Origin: an uncultured Spirochaetota bacterium
Lineage (GTDB): Bacteria; Spirochaetota; Spirochaetia; SZUA-6; Fen-1364
NCBI GenBank assembly: GCA_963734545.1
Contig: CAVTHO010000005.1
Coordinates: forward strand, 608,001-672,000
Direction: 5' to 3'
DNA length: 64,000 nt
Below the pieces are notes generated by a model that saw only the letters and a program-made list of their open reading frames with translations, was not told the origin of the DNA and did not search any database. Position 1 is the first letter of the stretch. Each line of letters starts with the position of its first letter. The translations under genes were made by a program, and so were the position numbers. Below are positions 28,824 through 39,014 of this stretch, one piece after another.

Positions 28824-31800
28824 GCCGATCGAGATGCAACGTCCTGATCTGCACCGGCGGCGGCTGCGTCGCATCCGGCGCCCTCGAGCTCAGCGCGTCC
28901 ATGCGCGCGGCCATCGAGAAGCACGGCCTGGAGGGCGAGGTGCAGGTCTTCGAGACCGGCTGTCTCGGCCCCTGCGCGGCGGGACCCGTCGCGGTCGTCT
29001 ACCCGGACGGTATCCTCTACCAGAATCTGAAACCCGCCGACGCGGAGCGTATCGCCACCGAGCACCTGCTGAAGGGCAGGATCGTCGAAGACCTGACATA
29101 CGAGCGGAGACCGGCCGGCATGGAAGCGCCGGGCCTTCAGGAGATCCCCTTCTTCCGCAAGCAGGTGAAAGTGGTGCTGCGCAACTGCGGGCTCATCGAT
29201 CCGCTGAAGATCGAAGAGTATGTCGCGCGCGACGGCTACATGGCGCTCGCCAAGGCGCTCACCGAGATGACTCCCGAGCAGGTCGTCGACGAGGTGAAGA
29301 AATCAGGCCTGCGGGGCCGCGGCGGCGCGGGGTTCTCCACGGGCATGAAATGGGACCTCTGTCGGAAGGCGGAGGGAACGGAAAAGTACGTCCTCTGCAA
29401 CGCAGATGAAGGGGACCCGGGCGCGTTCATGGACAGGAGCGTGCTGGAAGGGGACCCGCACAGCCTCATCGAGGCCATGGCCATTGCCGGATACGCCATC
29501 GGGGCAGCGCAGGGATACGTCTACGTGCGCGCCGAATACCCCCTGGCCGTGGCACGCCTGGGCAAGGCGATCGAGCACGCGCGCGAGCGCGGCCTGCTGG
29601 GCAGGAACATCATGGGCACGCGCCACAGCTTCGACCTCGACATCCGCATGGGTTCCGGGGCGTTCGTCTGCGGCGAGGAGACGGCACTCATGAACTCCAT
29701 CGAGGGCAACCGCGGCGAGCCGCGGCCCCGGCCGCCGTTTCCCGCCAGCAGGGGGCTGTGGGCGAAACCCAGCCTCCTGAACAACGTGGAAACATACGCC
29801 GCTGTTCCCATGATCATCCTGAAGGGCTCGGCATGGTACGCATCGATGGGCACCGCGAAGAGCAAGGGCACAAAGGTGTTCGCTCTTGCGGGGGCAGTGA
29901 AGAACACCGGCCTCGTGGAAATTCCCATCGGCATGTCGCTGGGAGAGCTCGTATTCGACATCGGCGGCGGAATGCGGGAGGGCAAGAGCTTCAAGGCCGC
30001 GCAGATCGGAGGGCCTTCGGGAGGCTGCATCCCGCGTCATCACCTCAACGTGCCCGTCGACTATGAATCTCTCACGGAGCTGGGCGCCATCATGGGATCA
30101 GGCGGCCTCATCGTGATGGACGAGGACACCTGCATGGTGGACATGTCCCGATTCTTCCTCGAGTTCGTGCAGGACGAATCGTGCGGCAAGTGCACTCCCT
30201 GCAGGATCGGCACCAAGCGCATGCTGGAGATACTGGACCGCATCTGCGAGGGCAAGGGGCAGGAGGGCGACATCGAGCGCCTGATCGACCTTGGCAATAC
30301 GATCAAGGACACGGCGCTGTGCGGTCTCGGCCAGACCGCGCCCAACCCCGTGCTGTCGGCCATCCGCCATTTCCGGGATGAGTTCGTCGAGCACATCCGC
30401 GACAGGAAATGCCGGGCAGGCGTCTGTCCCGAGCTGGTGCGCGCGCCGTGCCAGAACGCGTGTCCCGCCGGCGTGGACGTGCCGGGATTCGTGAGCCTGA
30501 TCGGCGAGAAGCGCTTCGACGAGGCGCTGGCGCTGCACCGGGAGAGAAACCCGCTGGCAGCCATCTGCTCCCGCGTGTGCTTCCATCCCTGTGAGAGCAA
30601 ATGCCGGCGCTCCACGCTGGACGACCCCCTGTCGATCCGGGCGCTGAAGCGCTACATGGTGGACCAGGAAAAGGGATTCAACCTTCCCGCTCTCGTGCAG
30701 GACGGCGAAAACGCGAAGCGGAAGGTGGCCATCGTGGGCGCGGGTCCCGCGGGCCTTTCCTGCGCATACTTCCTGGCCCGGCTGGGCTACCGGCCGACGG
30801 TCTTCGAGGCAGCCTCCGAGCCCGGCGGCATGCTCCTGCAGGCCATTCCCGCCTACCGGTTGCCGCGCGACATCCTGCGCCGGGAAATCGGCATGATCGA
30901 GAAGCTGGGCGTGCAGATCAGGACGAAGAAGAAGATGGGAAAGGATTTCAGCCTGCAGAGCCTGCGGGAGGCAGGGTTCGAGTCGGTGTTCCTGGCCGTG
31001 GGCGCGCCGCGCGGCACGGGCCTGGGAATGAAGGGCGACGAGGCAGCGGGCGTGACCGAGGCCATCGATTTCCTCAGGCAGTACAACCTCTCGGGCAAGG
31101 CGCCGGTGGGAGAAAAGGTGGTGGTCGTAGGCGGAGGCAATGCCGCGGTGGACGCCGCGCGCACGGCCCTGCGCCTGGGCGCGAAGTCGGTCACCGTTGC
31201 GTACCGCCGCACCCGCCCGGAGATGCCGGCGTACCAGGAGGAGGTGGAGGAGGCCGAGCGCGAGGGGGTGAAGTTCGAGTTCCTCGTGGCGCCCCTCGAG
31301 CTGGTGCAGAAGGGTGGGAAGCTCGCCGCGGTGAAAATGCGCCGCATGGAGCTCGGGGAGTTCGACCAGACGGGCCGCAGGAAGCCTGTGGCGAAGCGGG
31401 AGACCGGCCACGGACCGGATGCGCGGGGAAACGGAGGCTCCGAAAGCGTCTTCGTGCTGGATGCCGATCAGCTGATCGCCGCCGTTGGCCAGAAGCTCAA
31501 CACCGTGGAATTGTTCGACTGCCCTCCGGGCGCTTCGGCCGGGCAGCGCGTGTCTTTGAAGCTCAACGAGCGGGAGCTCATTGCGGTGAATCCTGTGACT
31601 GGTCAGGCCTCCGAGGACTGGGTGTTTGCCGGCGGTGATGCGGTGAGCGGACCGGCCTCCGTGATCGAGGCCATAGCAGCGGGAGAGAAGGCAGCGGTGG
31701 GAATGCACGCATTTCTCACCGGCAGGAACGGGGTGCCCTGGAGGCTGCCGCGGACAGTGGACACATTCTTCGACCCGGACGCCGATCCCGTGATGGGCAA

Positions 31801-31975
31801 GCGCCCCGGTCTGAAGCTGATACCGGTGAAGAAACGCACGGGGTTCGTGGAAGTGGAGACCACCTGGTCGGCCGGCGTGGCCCTTGCAGAAACAAAGCGC
31901 TGCCTGCGCTGCGACTACCGTGAAGAAGCTGTCCCCTCGCAACAGGTTACCGTGGCCGCCGCCAAGAGCCGCTGA
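28820..31975 (+). CDS. hydB: Hydrogenase beta subunit (NuoF-like) fused to GltD-like FAD/NADPH oxidoreductase
   Basis: GLRGRGGAGF, NADEGDPGAFMDR, GAFVCGEETAL, SCGKCTPCRIG; then APCQNACP, GAGPAGL, GGGNAAVD, YRR, AGGD. Confidence 0.92.
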   Translation: MSRSRCNVLICTGGGCVASGALELSASMRAAIEKHGLEGEVQVFETGCLGPCAAGPVAVVYPDGILYQNLKPADAERIATEHLLKGRIVEDLTYERRPAGMEAPGLQEIPFFRKQVKVVLRNCGLIDPLKIEEYVARDGYMALAKALTEMTPEQVVDEVKKSGLRGRGGAGFSTGMKWDLCRKAEGTEKYVLCNADEGDPGAFMDRSVLEGDPHSLIEAMAIAGYAIGAAQGYVYVRAEYPLAVARLGKAIEHARERGLLGRNIMGTRHSFDLDIRMGSGAFVCGEETALMNSIEGNRGEPRPRPPFPASRGLWAKPSLLNNVETYAAVPMIILKGSAWYASMGTAKSKGTKVFALAGAVKNTGLVEIPIGMSLGELVFDIGGGMREGKSFKAAQIGGPSGGCIPRHHLNVPVDYESLTELGAIMGSGGLIVMDEDTCMVDMSRFFLEFVQDESCGKCTPCRIGTKRMLEILDRICEGKGQEGDIERLIDLGNTIKDTALCGLGQTAPNPVLSAIRHFRDEFVEHIRDRKCRAGVCPELVRAPCQNACPAGVDVPGFVSLIGEKRFDEALALHRERNPLAAICSRVCFHPCESKCRRSTLDDPLSIRALKRYMVDQEKGFNLPALVQDGENAKRKVAIVGAGPAGLSCAYFLARLGYRPTVFEAASEPGGMLLQAIPAYRLPRDILRREIGMIEKLGVQIRTKKKMGKDFSLQSLREAGFESVFLAVGAPRGTGLGMKGDEAAGVTEAIDFLRQYNLSGKAPVGEKVVVVGGGNAAVDAARTALRLGAKSVTVAYRRTRPEMPAYQEEVEEAEREGVKFEFLVAPLELVQKGGKLAAVKMRRMELGEFDQTGRRKPVAKRETGHGPDARGNGGSESVFVLDADQLIAAVGQKLNTVELFDCPPGASAGQRVSLKLNERELIAVNPVTGQASEDWVFAGGDAVSGPASVIEAIAAGEKAAVGMHAFLTGRNGVPWRLPRTVDTFFDPDADPVMGKRPGLKLIPVKKRTGFVEVETTWSAGVALAETKRCLRCDYREEAVPSQQVTVAAAKSR

Positions 31976-31987
31976 GCAAGAAGGAGA

Positions 31988-33794
31988 ATGACGATGCCAA
32001 CACTGAGCATAGACGACAGAAAGATCGACGTCCCCGAGGGAACGAGCCTGCTGGAAGCGGCCCGGCAGGCCGGCGTGCAGGTGCCCAGTCTCTGCTACCT
32101 GAAAAACGTGCAGGCCATCGGGTCCTGCAGGGTCTGCCTGGTGGAAGTGGAGGGAGCCAAGACGCTCATGGCCTCCTGCGTGACACCGGCAGCCCCGGGC
32201 ATGAAGGTGCGCACCAACTCGGCCCGGGTGAGGGCCGCCCGGAGGAGCGTGGTGGAGCTGATCCTGTCGGACCACGAAGGGGACTGCCAGACCTGCGACA
32301 GGAACGGCGATTGCGAGCTGCAGGCGGTTGCGCGGGACCTCGGGATCCGGGAGATCGCCTACGCCGGGGCCAAGAGCGCGCGAACCGTGGACGCGAGCAC
32401 ACCGGCGCTCGTGCGCGACACGGGCAAGTGCATCCTCTGCCGGCGCTGCGTCACGGTATGCGGCCAGACGCAGGGGGTGGCGGCCATATTCCCGCAGAAG
32501 CGCGGTTTCCAGTCCGTCATCGGCCCGGCATTCGCTTCGAACCTGTCGGACGTGGTGTGCGTGCAGTGCGGACAGTGCGCGGCGGTCTGCCCGGTGGGCG
32601 CAATCAGCGAGGCGGATGAGATCGACAAGGTCTGGGCCGCGATAGACGATCCGAAGAAGACCGTGCTCGTGCAGACCGCTCCCGCCATCCGCGCCGCGCT
32701 CGGCGAGTGCTTCGGCATGCCGGCGGGAACGCTCGTGACCGGAAAGATGGTCACCGCGCTGCGCCAGATGGGGTTCGACAGGGTGTTCGATACGAACTTC
32801 ACCGCTGACCTGACAATCATGGAGGAGGGCACCGAGCTCCTGACCCGGCTGAAGAAGGCCCTGGTGGACGGGCAGCCGGTGCCTCTGCCGCTCTTCACGA
32901 GCTGTTCGCCCGGGTGGATCAAGTACGCGGAGCACTTCTATCCGGAAATCCTTCCAGAAGATTTCCACCTGCAAGTCACCGCAGCAGATGTTCGGCGCCG
33001 TGGCCAAGACCTACTACGCGGAGAAAATCGGGAAGAAGCCGGAGGAGATCTTCGTGGTCTCGGTCATGCCCTGCACGGCCAAGAAGTACGAATCGCAGCG
33101 GCCCGAGATGACGGCCAGCGGCGTACGGGACGTGGACGTGGTCCTTACCACGCGCGAGCTGGCCCGGATGATCCAGCAGGCGGGCATCAGCTTTGCCGGT
33201 CTCCCCGATGGGAACATGGACAGCATCCTGGGCGCCTCATCGGGTGCGGCCGACATCTTCGCCAATACCGGCGGGGTCATGGAGGCCGCGCTGCGGACCG
33301 TGTACGAGATCGTGACGGGCCGCGAGCTTCCGTTCGCGAACCTGCACGTGACGCCGATCACCGGCCTCCAGGGAGTGAAGGAAGCCGCGGTGAAGATCGA
33401 GGGCACCGTGCCGGACTGGTCATTCCTGGAAGGGGTGACCGTGAAGGTCGCTGTTGCCCATGGCCTGGGCAATGCGCGGCTGCTCATCGAGAGGATCAAG
33501 GCAGCGGAGCAGCACGGCGTGGGCGCCGCGCAGGGACCCCTGTACCATTTCGTGGAAGTGATGACCTGTCCCGGCGGCTGCATCGGCGGCGGCGGACAAC
33601 CGCGGCTCACAACGGATGAGCTGCGCATGGCGCGCATACGCGCCATCTACAAGGAGGACGAAGGCAAGCCCATCCGCAAGTCCCACAACAACCCCGAGGT
33701 GGCGGCAATATACGAGCAGTACCTCAAGAAGCCGCTCGGGGAGAAATCGCACCACCTCCTGCACACCAGATACACGGGCCGGGCGCGCGTGTAG
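31988..33794 (+). CDS. hydA: Group A [FeFe]-hydrogenase catalytic subunit (frameshift ~32957)
   Basis: N-terminal 2Fe-2S, His-ligated and 2x[4Fe-4S] domains; L1 TSCSPGW, L2 MPCTAKKYE, L3 EVMTCPGGCIGGGGQP; LLHT. Confidence 0.93.
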
Positions 33795-33821
33795 GGAGGA
33801 CGGGAAGGCGCGGGGGTCGGC

Positions 33822-35861
33822 ATGGGGATAGTCTCGACGATTCCCGAGAAATGCAGGCGATGCTACGCCTGCGTGCGCGAGTGCCCCGTGAAGGCCATCA
33901 AGGTCATCGCGGGCCAGGCCACCGTCATCGCCGAGCAATGTATTGCCTGCGGCAATTGCGTGAAGGTCTGCACGCAGAAGGCCAAGCGCATCGAGGATGC
34001 GACCATGCTCGTTGCGCGTCTGCTGGAAGGGGGCGAGAAAACGTTCGCCTGCATCGCCCCCTCGTTCCCGGTCGCCTTCGCCCAGGTGAGCCCTGAAAGG
34101 ATCGTCTCTTCCCTGCGCCGTCTCGGATTCTCCGAGGTGTGGGAAGTCGCTTTCGGCGCGGAGCTCATCAGCAGGGAATATGCCCAGAGGGCCCGGTACG
34201 CAATGAAGAACGGGCAGGCCGTGGTGAGCACACCGTGTCCTGCCATCGTGTCCTATGTGCAGAAGTACATGCCGGCGCTGCATGGCGCCCTGGTGAACGT
34301 CGTGTCGCCCATGATCGCCGTGGCGCGGGCAATCCGACACAGGTACGGGGCGGGGGTGAGGGTCGTATTCATCGGCCCCTGCATCGCGAAAAAAGCGGAG
34401 ATCAAGGACCCGTTCGTGCAGGGAACCGTCGACGCGGCGCTGACCTACGAGGAGCTGCTCGCCATGTTCGACGCGGCGGGCATCGACCCCGCGGCAGAGC
34501 CGCCCGGCGCATTCGACGGTCCCGCGGCGAACCTCGGCCGGTCTCTCCCCATCTCGGGCGGCCTGCTGCGCGCCGCGGGTTTCGATGCCGACATTCTGCA
34601 GAACAGCGTGCTCGTGACGGAGGGCAAGGACAGGGTCCTGCCCGCGCTGAAGGAGCTTGCGGAAGGCAAGAGCAAGGCCCGGGTGCTCGACGTGCTCTTC
34701 TGCGAGGGCTGCATCAACGGGCCGAAGATGACCAACTCGATGAGCGTCTTCGCGCGCAAGGAGATGCTCATCGATCACATCAACGAGCACACCCTCTCGA
34801 TGGCCGGACGCGACATGGCGGAGACCCTCGCGGAGTTCCTGCCTGTCGACCTGTCCCGGGACTTCTCCGAGCAGGCGGTTGCCCTGCCCCAGCCCTCGGA
34901 GGAGGAGATCGCCGAGGCGCTGCGCAGGATGCGCAAGTTCGGCCCCGAGGACCAGCTCAACTGCGGCTCCTGCGGGTACCCGAGCTGCCGGGAGAAAGCG
35001 GTTGCCGTCTGCCAGGGTTTTGCCGAGGTGGGCATGTGCCTTCCCTACCTGGTGGAGGAGCTGGAGAGCACGCTTTCCACCCTGCAGGCCTCCCACCAGG
35101 CCACGAAGGACAGGCTCGTGCAGACCGAGCGCCTTGCATCCATGGGCCAGATTTCCGCGGGGGTGGCGCACGAGATCAACAACCCGTTGTCCACGATCCT
35201 CCTGTACTCCCATCTCCTTCTCAAGGCGCACCGTGAGGGAGACTCCGAATCCGAAGACATCCAGATGATCGTGAACGAGGCCATACGGTGCCGCTCCATC
35301 ATGCGGGGCCTGCTGGATTTCGCGCGACAGTCCCGCGTGGTCAAGACCGCCACGGACCTGGGCCTCCTGGTCCAGGACCTCGTGGACTCCATGAACATGA
35401 AGCTGGGCAATGGCCCGGTCCGGGTGAAGGGCACGGTCGAAGAAGGCATGCCGAAAGTGTACCTGGACGCGGAGCAGGTCCGGCAGATGCTGGTCAATCT
35501 CGTGCAGAATGGAATTGATGCGATCGAGTCCCACGCCGCGGCCTGCGGCGGCGAAGTCACCATCAGCGCGGGTCTCTCCGAGAGCCGGGACCTGGCGGTG
35601 CTTCGCGTAAAGGACACCGGCTGCGGCATGCCGCCGGATGTCCTCAAGGAGATCTTCACGCCCTTCTATACGACGAAGCAGCTCGGCAAGGGCACCGGCA
35701 TGGGTCTCTCGATCGTGTATGGCGTGGTGAAGATGCATGCCGGGGACATATCTGTGGACAGCGAGGTGGGGAAGGGCACATCCTTCCTTGTACGGATCCC
35801 CATAGGCGAAAAAGCCAGGGAGGAAACGCATGAGCTCGGCAAAAACAGTGCTGCTGGTTGA
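33822..35861 (+). CDS. hydS: Group C sensory [FeFe]-hydrogenase fused to histidine kinase
   Basis: 2x[4Fe-4S]; STPCPAIV, FIGPCIAKKAE, DVLFCEGCINGP; NCGSCGYPSC; AHEINNPL and GTGMGL. Confidence 0.9.
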   Translation: MGIVSTIPEKCRRCYACVRECPVKAIKVIAGQATVIAEQCIACGNCVKVCTQKAKRIEDATMLVARLLEGGEKTFACIAPSFPVAFAQVSPERIVSSLRRLGFSEVWEVAFGAELISREYAQRARYAMKNGQAVVSTPCPAIVSYVQKYMPALHGALVNVVSPMIAVARAIRHRYGAGVRVVFIGPCIAKKAEIKDPFVQGTVDAALTYEELLAMFDAAGIDPAAEPPGAFDGPAANLGRSLPISGGLLRAAGFDADILQNSVLVTEGKDRVLPALKELAEGKSKARVLDVLFCEGCINGPKMTNSMSVFARKEMLIDHINEHTLSMAGRDMAETLAEFLPVDLSRDFSEQAVALPQPSEEEIAEALRRMRKFGPEDQLNCGSCGYPSCREKAVAVCQGFAEVGMCLPYLVEELESTLSTLQASHQATKDRLVQTERLASMGQISAGVAHEINNPLSTILLYSHLLLKAHREGDSESEDIQMIVNEAIRCRSIMRGLLDFARQSRVVKTATDLGLLVQDLVDSMNMKLGNGPVRVKGTVEEGMPKVYLDAEQVRQMLVNLVQNGIDAIESHAAACGGEVTISAGLSESRDLAVLRVKDTGCGMPPDVLKEIFTPFYTTKQLGKGTGMGLSIVYGVVKMHAGDISVDSEVGKGTSFLVRIPIGEKAREETHELGKNSAAG

Positions 35862-36249
35862 TGACGACGCGGATTTCGTGGAGATGAACCGTGTCCTGCT
35901 GGAGGAGAACGGGTACACGGTGCGTGTCGCATTCAGCGGCAGGCAGTGCCTGGAGGAAGTGGCTGCCCGCAGGCCGGATCTCATCATCCTCGATATGGTG
36001 ATGGAGAATCCCAGCGACGGCTTCGACGTGTCCCGGGAGCTGCGAAACTCCGAGTATACCAAGGGCATCCCGCTCGTAATGATCACATCGGTAAACGACT
36101 CGATCCCGTTCCGCATCGAGCCGGACAAGACATGGCTGCCGGTGGACGCCCTCCTGGAAAAGCCGGTAGACCCGCAGCTCCTCCTTGCCGTCGTGGACAA
36201 GGCCTTGAAACCGGCCGGGGACCGCAGCCGTCCCGTCGGGGGCTCCTGA
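35830..36249 (+). CDS. Single-domain response regulator
   Basis: LLVDDD, LIILDMVME, EKP. Confidence 0.9.
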   Translation: MSSAKTVLLVDDDADFVEMNRVLLEENGYTVRVAFSGRQCLEEVAARRPDLIILDMVMENPSDGFDVSRELRNSEYTKGIPLVMITSVNDSIPFRIEPDKTWLPVDALLEKPVDPQLLLAVVDKALKPAGDRSRPVGGS

Positions 36250-36656
36250 TGGGCGATGCCGCGACGATTCTGCTCGTCGACGACGACAAGGATTTCCTGG
36301 AGCTGGAGCGGCGGATACTGGAGAGCCGCGGCTACCGGATTGTCTGCTTCTCGGACGCGCAGGCGGCCCTGGCCGCCCTGCACGCGGGCCCGCAGGCCGT
36401 CACGCCGGCGCTCGTCGTGACCGACCTCATGATGAAGGCCCTGGATTCCGGTTTCACGTTTGCGCGCGCGCTCAAGGCGGATCCGCGCACCGCAATGCTC
36501 CCCGTGATCATCGTTTCCGCGGTATCCAGCCAGAAGGGCTTCGACTTTCGGCCCCGGACCGCTGCTGACCTCGCGGCCATGGGCGCGGACGCGTTCTTCG
36601 ACAAGCCTGTCGCCCCCGAGGCGCTTCTGGACAAGGTGAAGGAGCTCCTGGGGTGA
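36249..36656 (+). CDS. Single-domain response regulator
   Basis: ILLVDDD, VTDLMM, FDKP. Confidence 0.88.
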   Translation: MGDAATILLVDDDKDFLELERRILESRGYRIVCFSDAQAALAALHAGPQAVTPALVVTDLMMKALDSGFTFARALKADPRTAMLPVIIVSAVSSQKGFDFRPRTAADLAAMGADAFFDKPVAPEALLDKVKELLG

Positions 36657-38188
36657 GTGAGCCGGGATCGGTGCCTCCCGTCCGAGCTCCGCAGTCCGCG
36701 CGCATTCTCGTGGTCGACGACGAGCTGGGAGTCCGTGAAGGCTGCCGGAAGATCCTTGCCGCGGAGGGCTACGAGGCGGTGACGGCGGGCGACGGCAAGG
36801 CGGGTCTCGAGCAGTTCCTGGAGCGGGGCCCGTTTGCCGCGCTCCTGGTGGACCTGCAAATGCCCCGGATGTCGGGCCTGGAGCTGATGCGGGAGGTGAG
36901 AAGCCGGGACCCTGACATCGTTCCCATCATCATCACGGCGCATGCCACCATCGACACCGCGGTGGAGGGCACGCGGCAGGGCGCGTACAGCTACATCCCT
37001 AAGCCTTTCACACCGGATGAGCTCCTGCTGGCGATCAAGAACGGCCTGGAGAGGCGGACGCTCACGCTCGAGGCGCGGCGCCTCCGGGAGGAGCGGGAGA
37101 AGCGCCTGCTGGAGCTCGCATCCGAGCGCTCGAAGAGCAACACCATCATTGCGGCCATGACAGACGGGATCCTGGTCATCAACACGGACAAGCTCGTCGT
37201 TCTGCGGAACAACGCCGCTGCCCGCATCCTCCCCGACTGCGCGAGCCGCGAGATCCCCTTCCCGCTGCACGCCATCACGAGCCCTGACGTGAGGGAAATC
37301 GTGAGCGTCGTCATCGACTCGCCGGGCGGGTTCATGATTCTCTCCCGCCAGATTCCACTCGGGCAGTCCACCTACATGGTGAATGTCAGTCCGGTCATCG
37401 AGCCGGGCGGCGAGACATCCGGCGCGGTGGCCGTGTTCAGTGACGTCACCGAGATGAAGAAGCTCGACACGGCCAAGTCGATGTTCGTCTCCCTGGTTGC
37501 GCACGAGGTGAAGAGCCCGCTGGCCGCCACCGAAGGGTGGCTGAACCTGATCCTGAGCGGCATGCTCAAGCAGGATGCGGCGGAGGAGCACCGGATGCTG
37601 CAGCGCGCCCTTCTGCGCGTCCGCACGCTGCGCACCATGGTGAACGAGCTTCTCAGCCTCACCGCCATCCAGACGGGCAATTTTTCCCTCAAGAGGGCAC
37701 CGGTGGAAGTGGCGGCGCTCGTGGCGGAAGTCGTGGAGGCCAATCGGGAGAAAGCGGCGGAAAAGAAGATCACCATTTCCCTGTCCGGCGGAGATCGAAG
37801 CGAAGCTCTTCCCGTCCTTGCCGACCGTGACACTCTCTCCATGGTCTACGCGAACCTCGTGGAGAACGCGATCAAGTATTCGGGAGAAGGCGGCCACATC
37901 CGGGTGAGCATTCGCGCGGCAGGCATGTACGTGACCGTGGCGGTGAGGGACGACGGCATCGGCATGTCCCCCGAAGATTGCGCGAAGGTGTTCGACGAGT
38001 TCTACCGCGCGCGCAACGAGCACACGGCCAGCATCCCGGGCACGGGGCTCGGCCTGAGCCTCGTGAAGCGCCTGACCGAGCTGCACGAGGGAACGGTCAC
38101 CGTCACCTCGACCCTTGGAGTGGGGAGCGAGTTCACGGTGAGCATTCCCGCGCTCGCGGATGCTTCGGATCCTGTTGCACGATCGTAA
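36653..38188 (+). CDS. Cytoplasmic REC-PAS-histidine kinase
   Basis: N-terminal REC, AHEVKSPL, NAIKYS, GTGLGL. Confidence 0.9.
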   Translation: MSEPGSVPPVRAPQSARILVVDDELGVREGCRKILAAEGYEAVTAGDGKAGLEQFLERGPFAALLVDLQMPRMSGLELMREVRSRDPDIVPIIITAHATIDTAVEGTRQGAYSYIPKPFTPDELLLAIKNGLERRTLTLEARRLREEREKRLLELASERSKSNTIIAAMTDGILVINTDKLVVLRNNAAARILPDCASREIPFPLHAITSPDVREIVSVVIDSPGGFMILSRQIPLGQSTYMVNVSPVIEPGGETSGAVAVFSDVTEMKKLDTAKSMFVSLVAHEVKSPLAATEGWLNLILSGMLKQDAAEEHRMLQRALLRVRTLRTMVNELLSLTAIQTGNFSLKRAPVEVAALVAEVVEANREKAAEKKITISLSGGDRSEALPVLADRDTLSMVYANLVENAIKYSGEGGHIRVSIRAAGMYVTVAVRDDGIGMSPEDCAKVFDEFYRARNEHTASIPGTGLGLSLVKRLTELHEGTVTVTSTLGVGSEFTVSIPALADASDPVARS

Positions 38189-38202
38189 CGATTGCAGACA
38201 GC

Positions 38203-38952
38203 CTAGACGAACATCCTTACGGCGGACAGGAAAGTCAGTGACTGGACAGCGATCATGAATGCTTTTTCCGGGATGCCCCTGGCGAGAAGCAGACCGCCGA
38301 AAGCGCCCGCCACTACCGCCGGCGCCAGGACCGCGTCAAATGCGAGGGAAGGTGCCGTAATCAGGCCAAGGCTCATGCTGAAAGGCACCTTCAGCCAGTT
38401 GAGGATGAAGAAATACCATGCGGCGGTGCCGATAAACTCCTTTTTCGGCAGGCGCATGGAAAGCAGGTAGATCATGGTGACCGGGCCGGCAGCGTTTGCC
38501 ACCATCGTAGTGGCGCCTGCCAGGAAGCCCGCGATCGCGGCAAACCACCACGAGGTGGGGATCGGCGCGTCTCTGCCCAGGACGTATTCCCTGTACACGT
38601 TGACGCCCAGCATGACAATGACGATGGCTCCCATGACGTAACGCATCTGCTGGTCGTTGATCCTGCCCATGGCAAAGTAGCCTGCCACGATCCCCGCCAC
38701 TGCCCAGGGAAGCAGACGCACAAGATGCTTCCAGGAACCGTGGCGGCGCCAGAAAATCACGGCAAAAGCGTCGGCCACGATCAACAGGGGAAGGAGCGCG
38801 CCGGTAGAGGCGCGCGCGGGAAGGACCTCCGCAAAGAGCGGCGCCAGGAGGATGCTGAGCGCGGGTATTCCCGTCTTCGAGATCCCCACCATGAGCGATG
38901 TGACGCAGGCAAGAACCCATTTTCCTGCTGTCAGAGCATATATTCCGTGCAT
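38203..38952 (-). CDS. TauE/SafE (TSUP) family permease
   Basis: GISKTGIP, STGALLPLLIVAD, ANAAGP, FIGTAAWYFFILNWLKVPF. Confidence 0.88.
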   Translation of the reverse strand: MHGIYALTAGKWVLACVTSLMVGISKTGIPALSILLAPLFAEVLPARASTGALLPLLIVADAFAVIFWRRHGSWKHLVRLLPWAVAGIVAGYFAMGRINDQQMRYVMGAIVIVMLGVNVYREYVLGRDAPIPTSWWFAAIAGFLAGATTMVANAAGPVTMIYLLSMRLPKKEFIGTAAWYFFILNWLKVPFSMSLGLITAPSLAFDAVLAPAVVAGAFGGLLLARGIPEKAFMIAVQSLTFLSAVRMFV

Positions 38953-39014
38953 GGTTTACCTGTGACAGACGCGACAGAGTATCCGGCCAGGCGCCCGAGG
39001 CAAGGGATCCGATA

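Noticed and set aside
32890-32925. HydA L1 motif TSCSPGW instead of TSCCPGW
   Set aside because: A known common variant among multimeric group A hydrogenases.
30098-36383. Very long antisense ORFs (969 aa, 987 aa and similar elsewhere)
   Set aside because: Shadow frames of GC-rich genes with no recognizable motifs.
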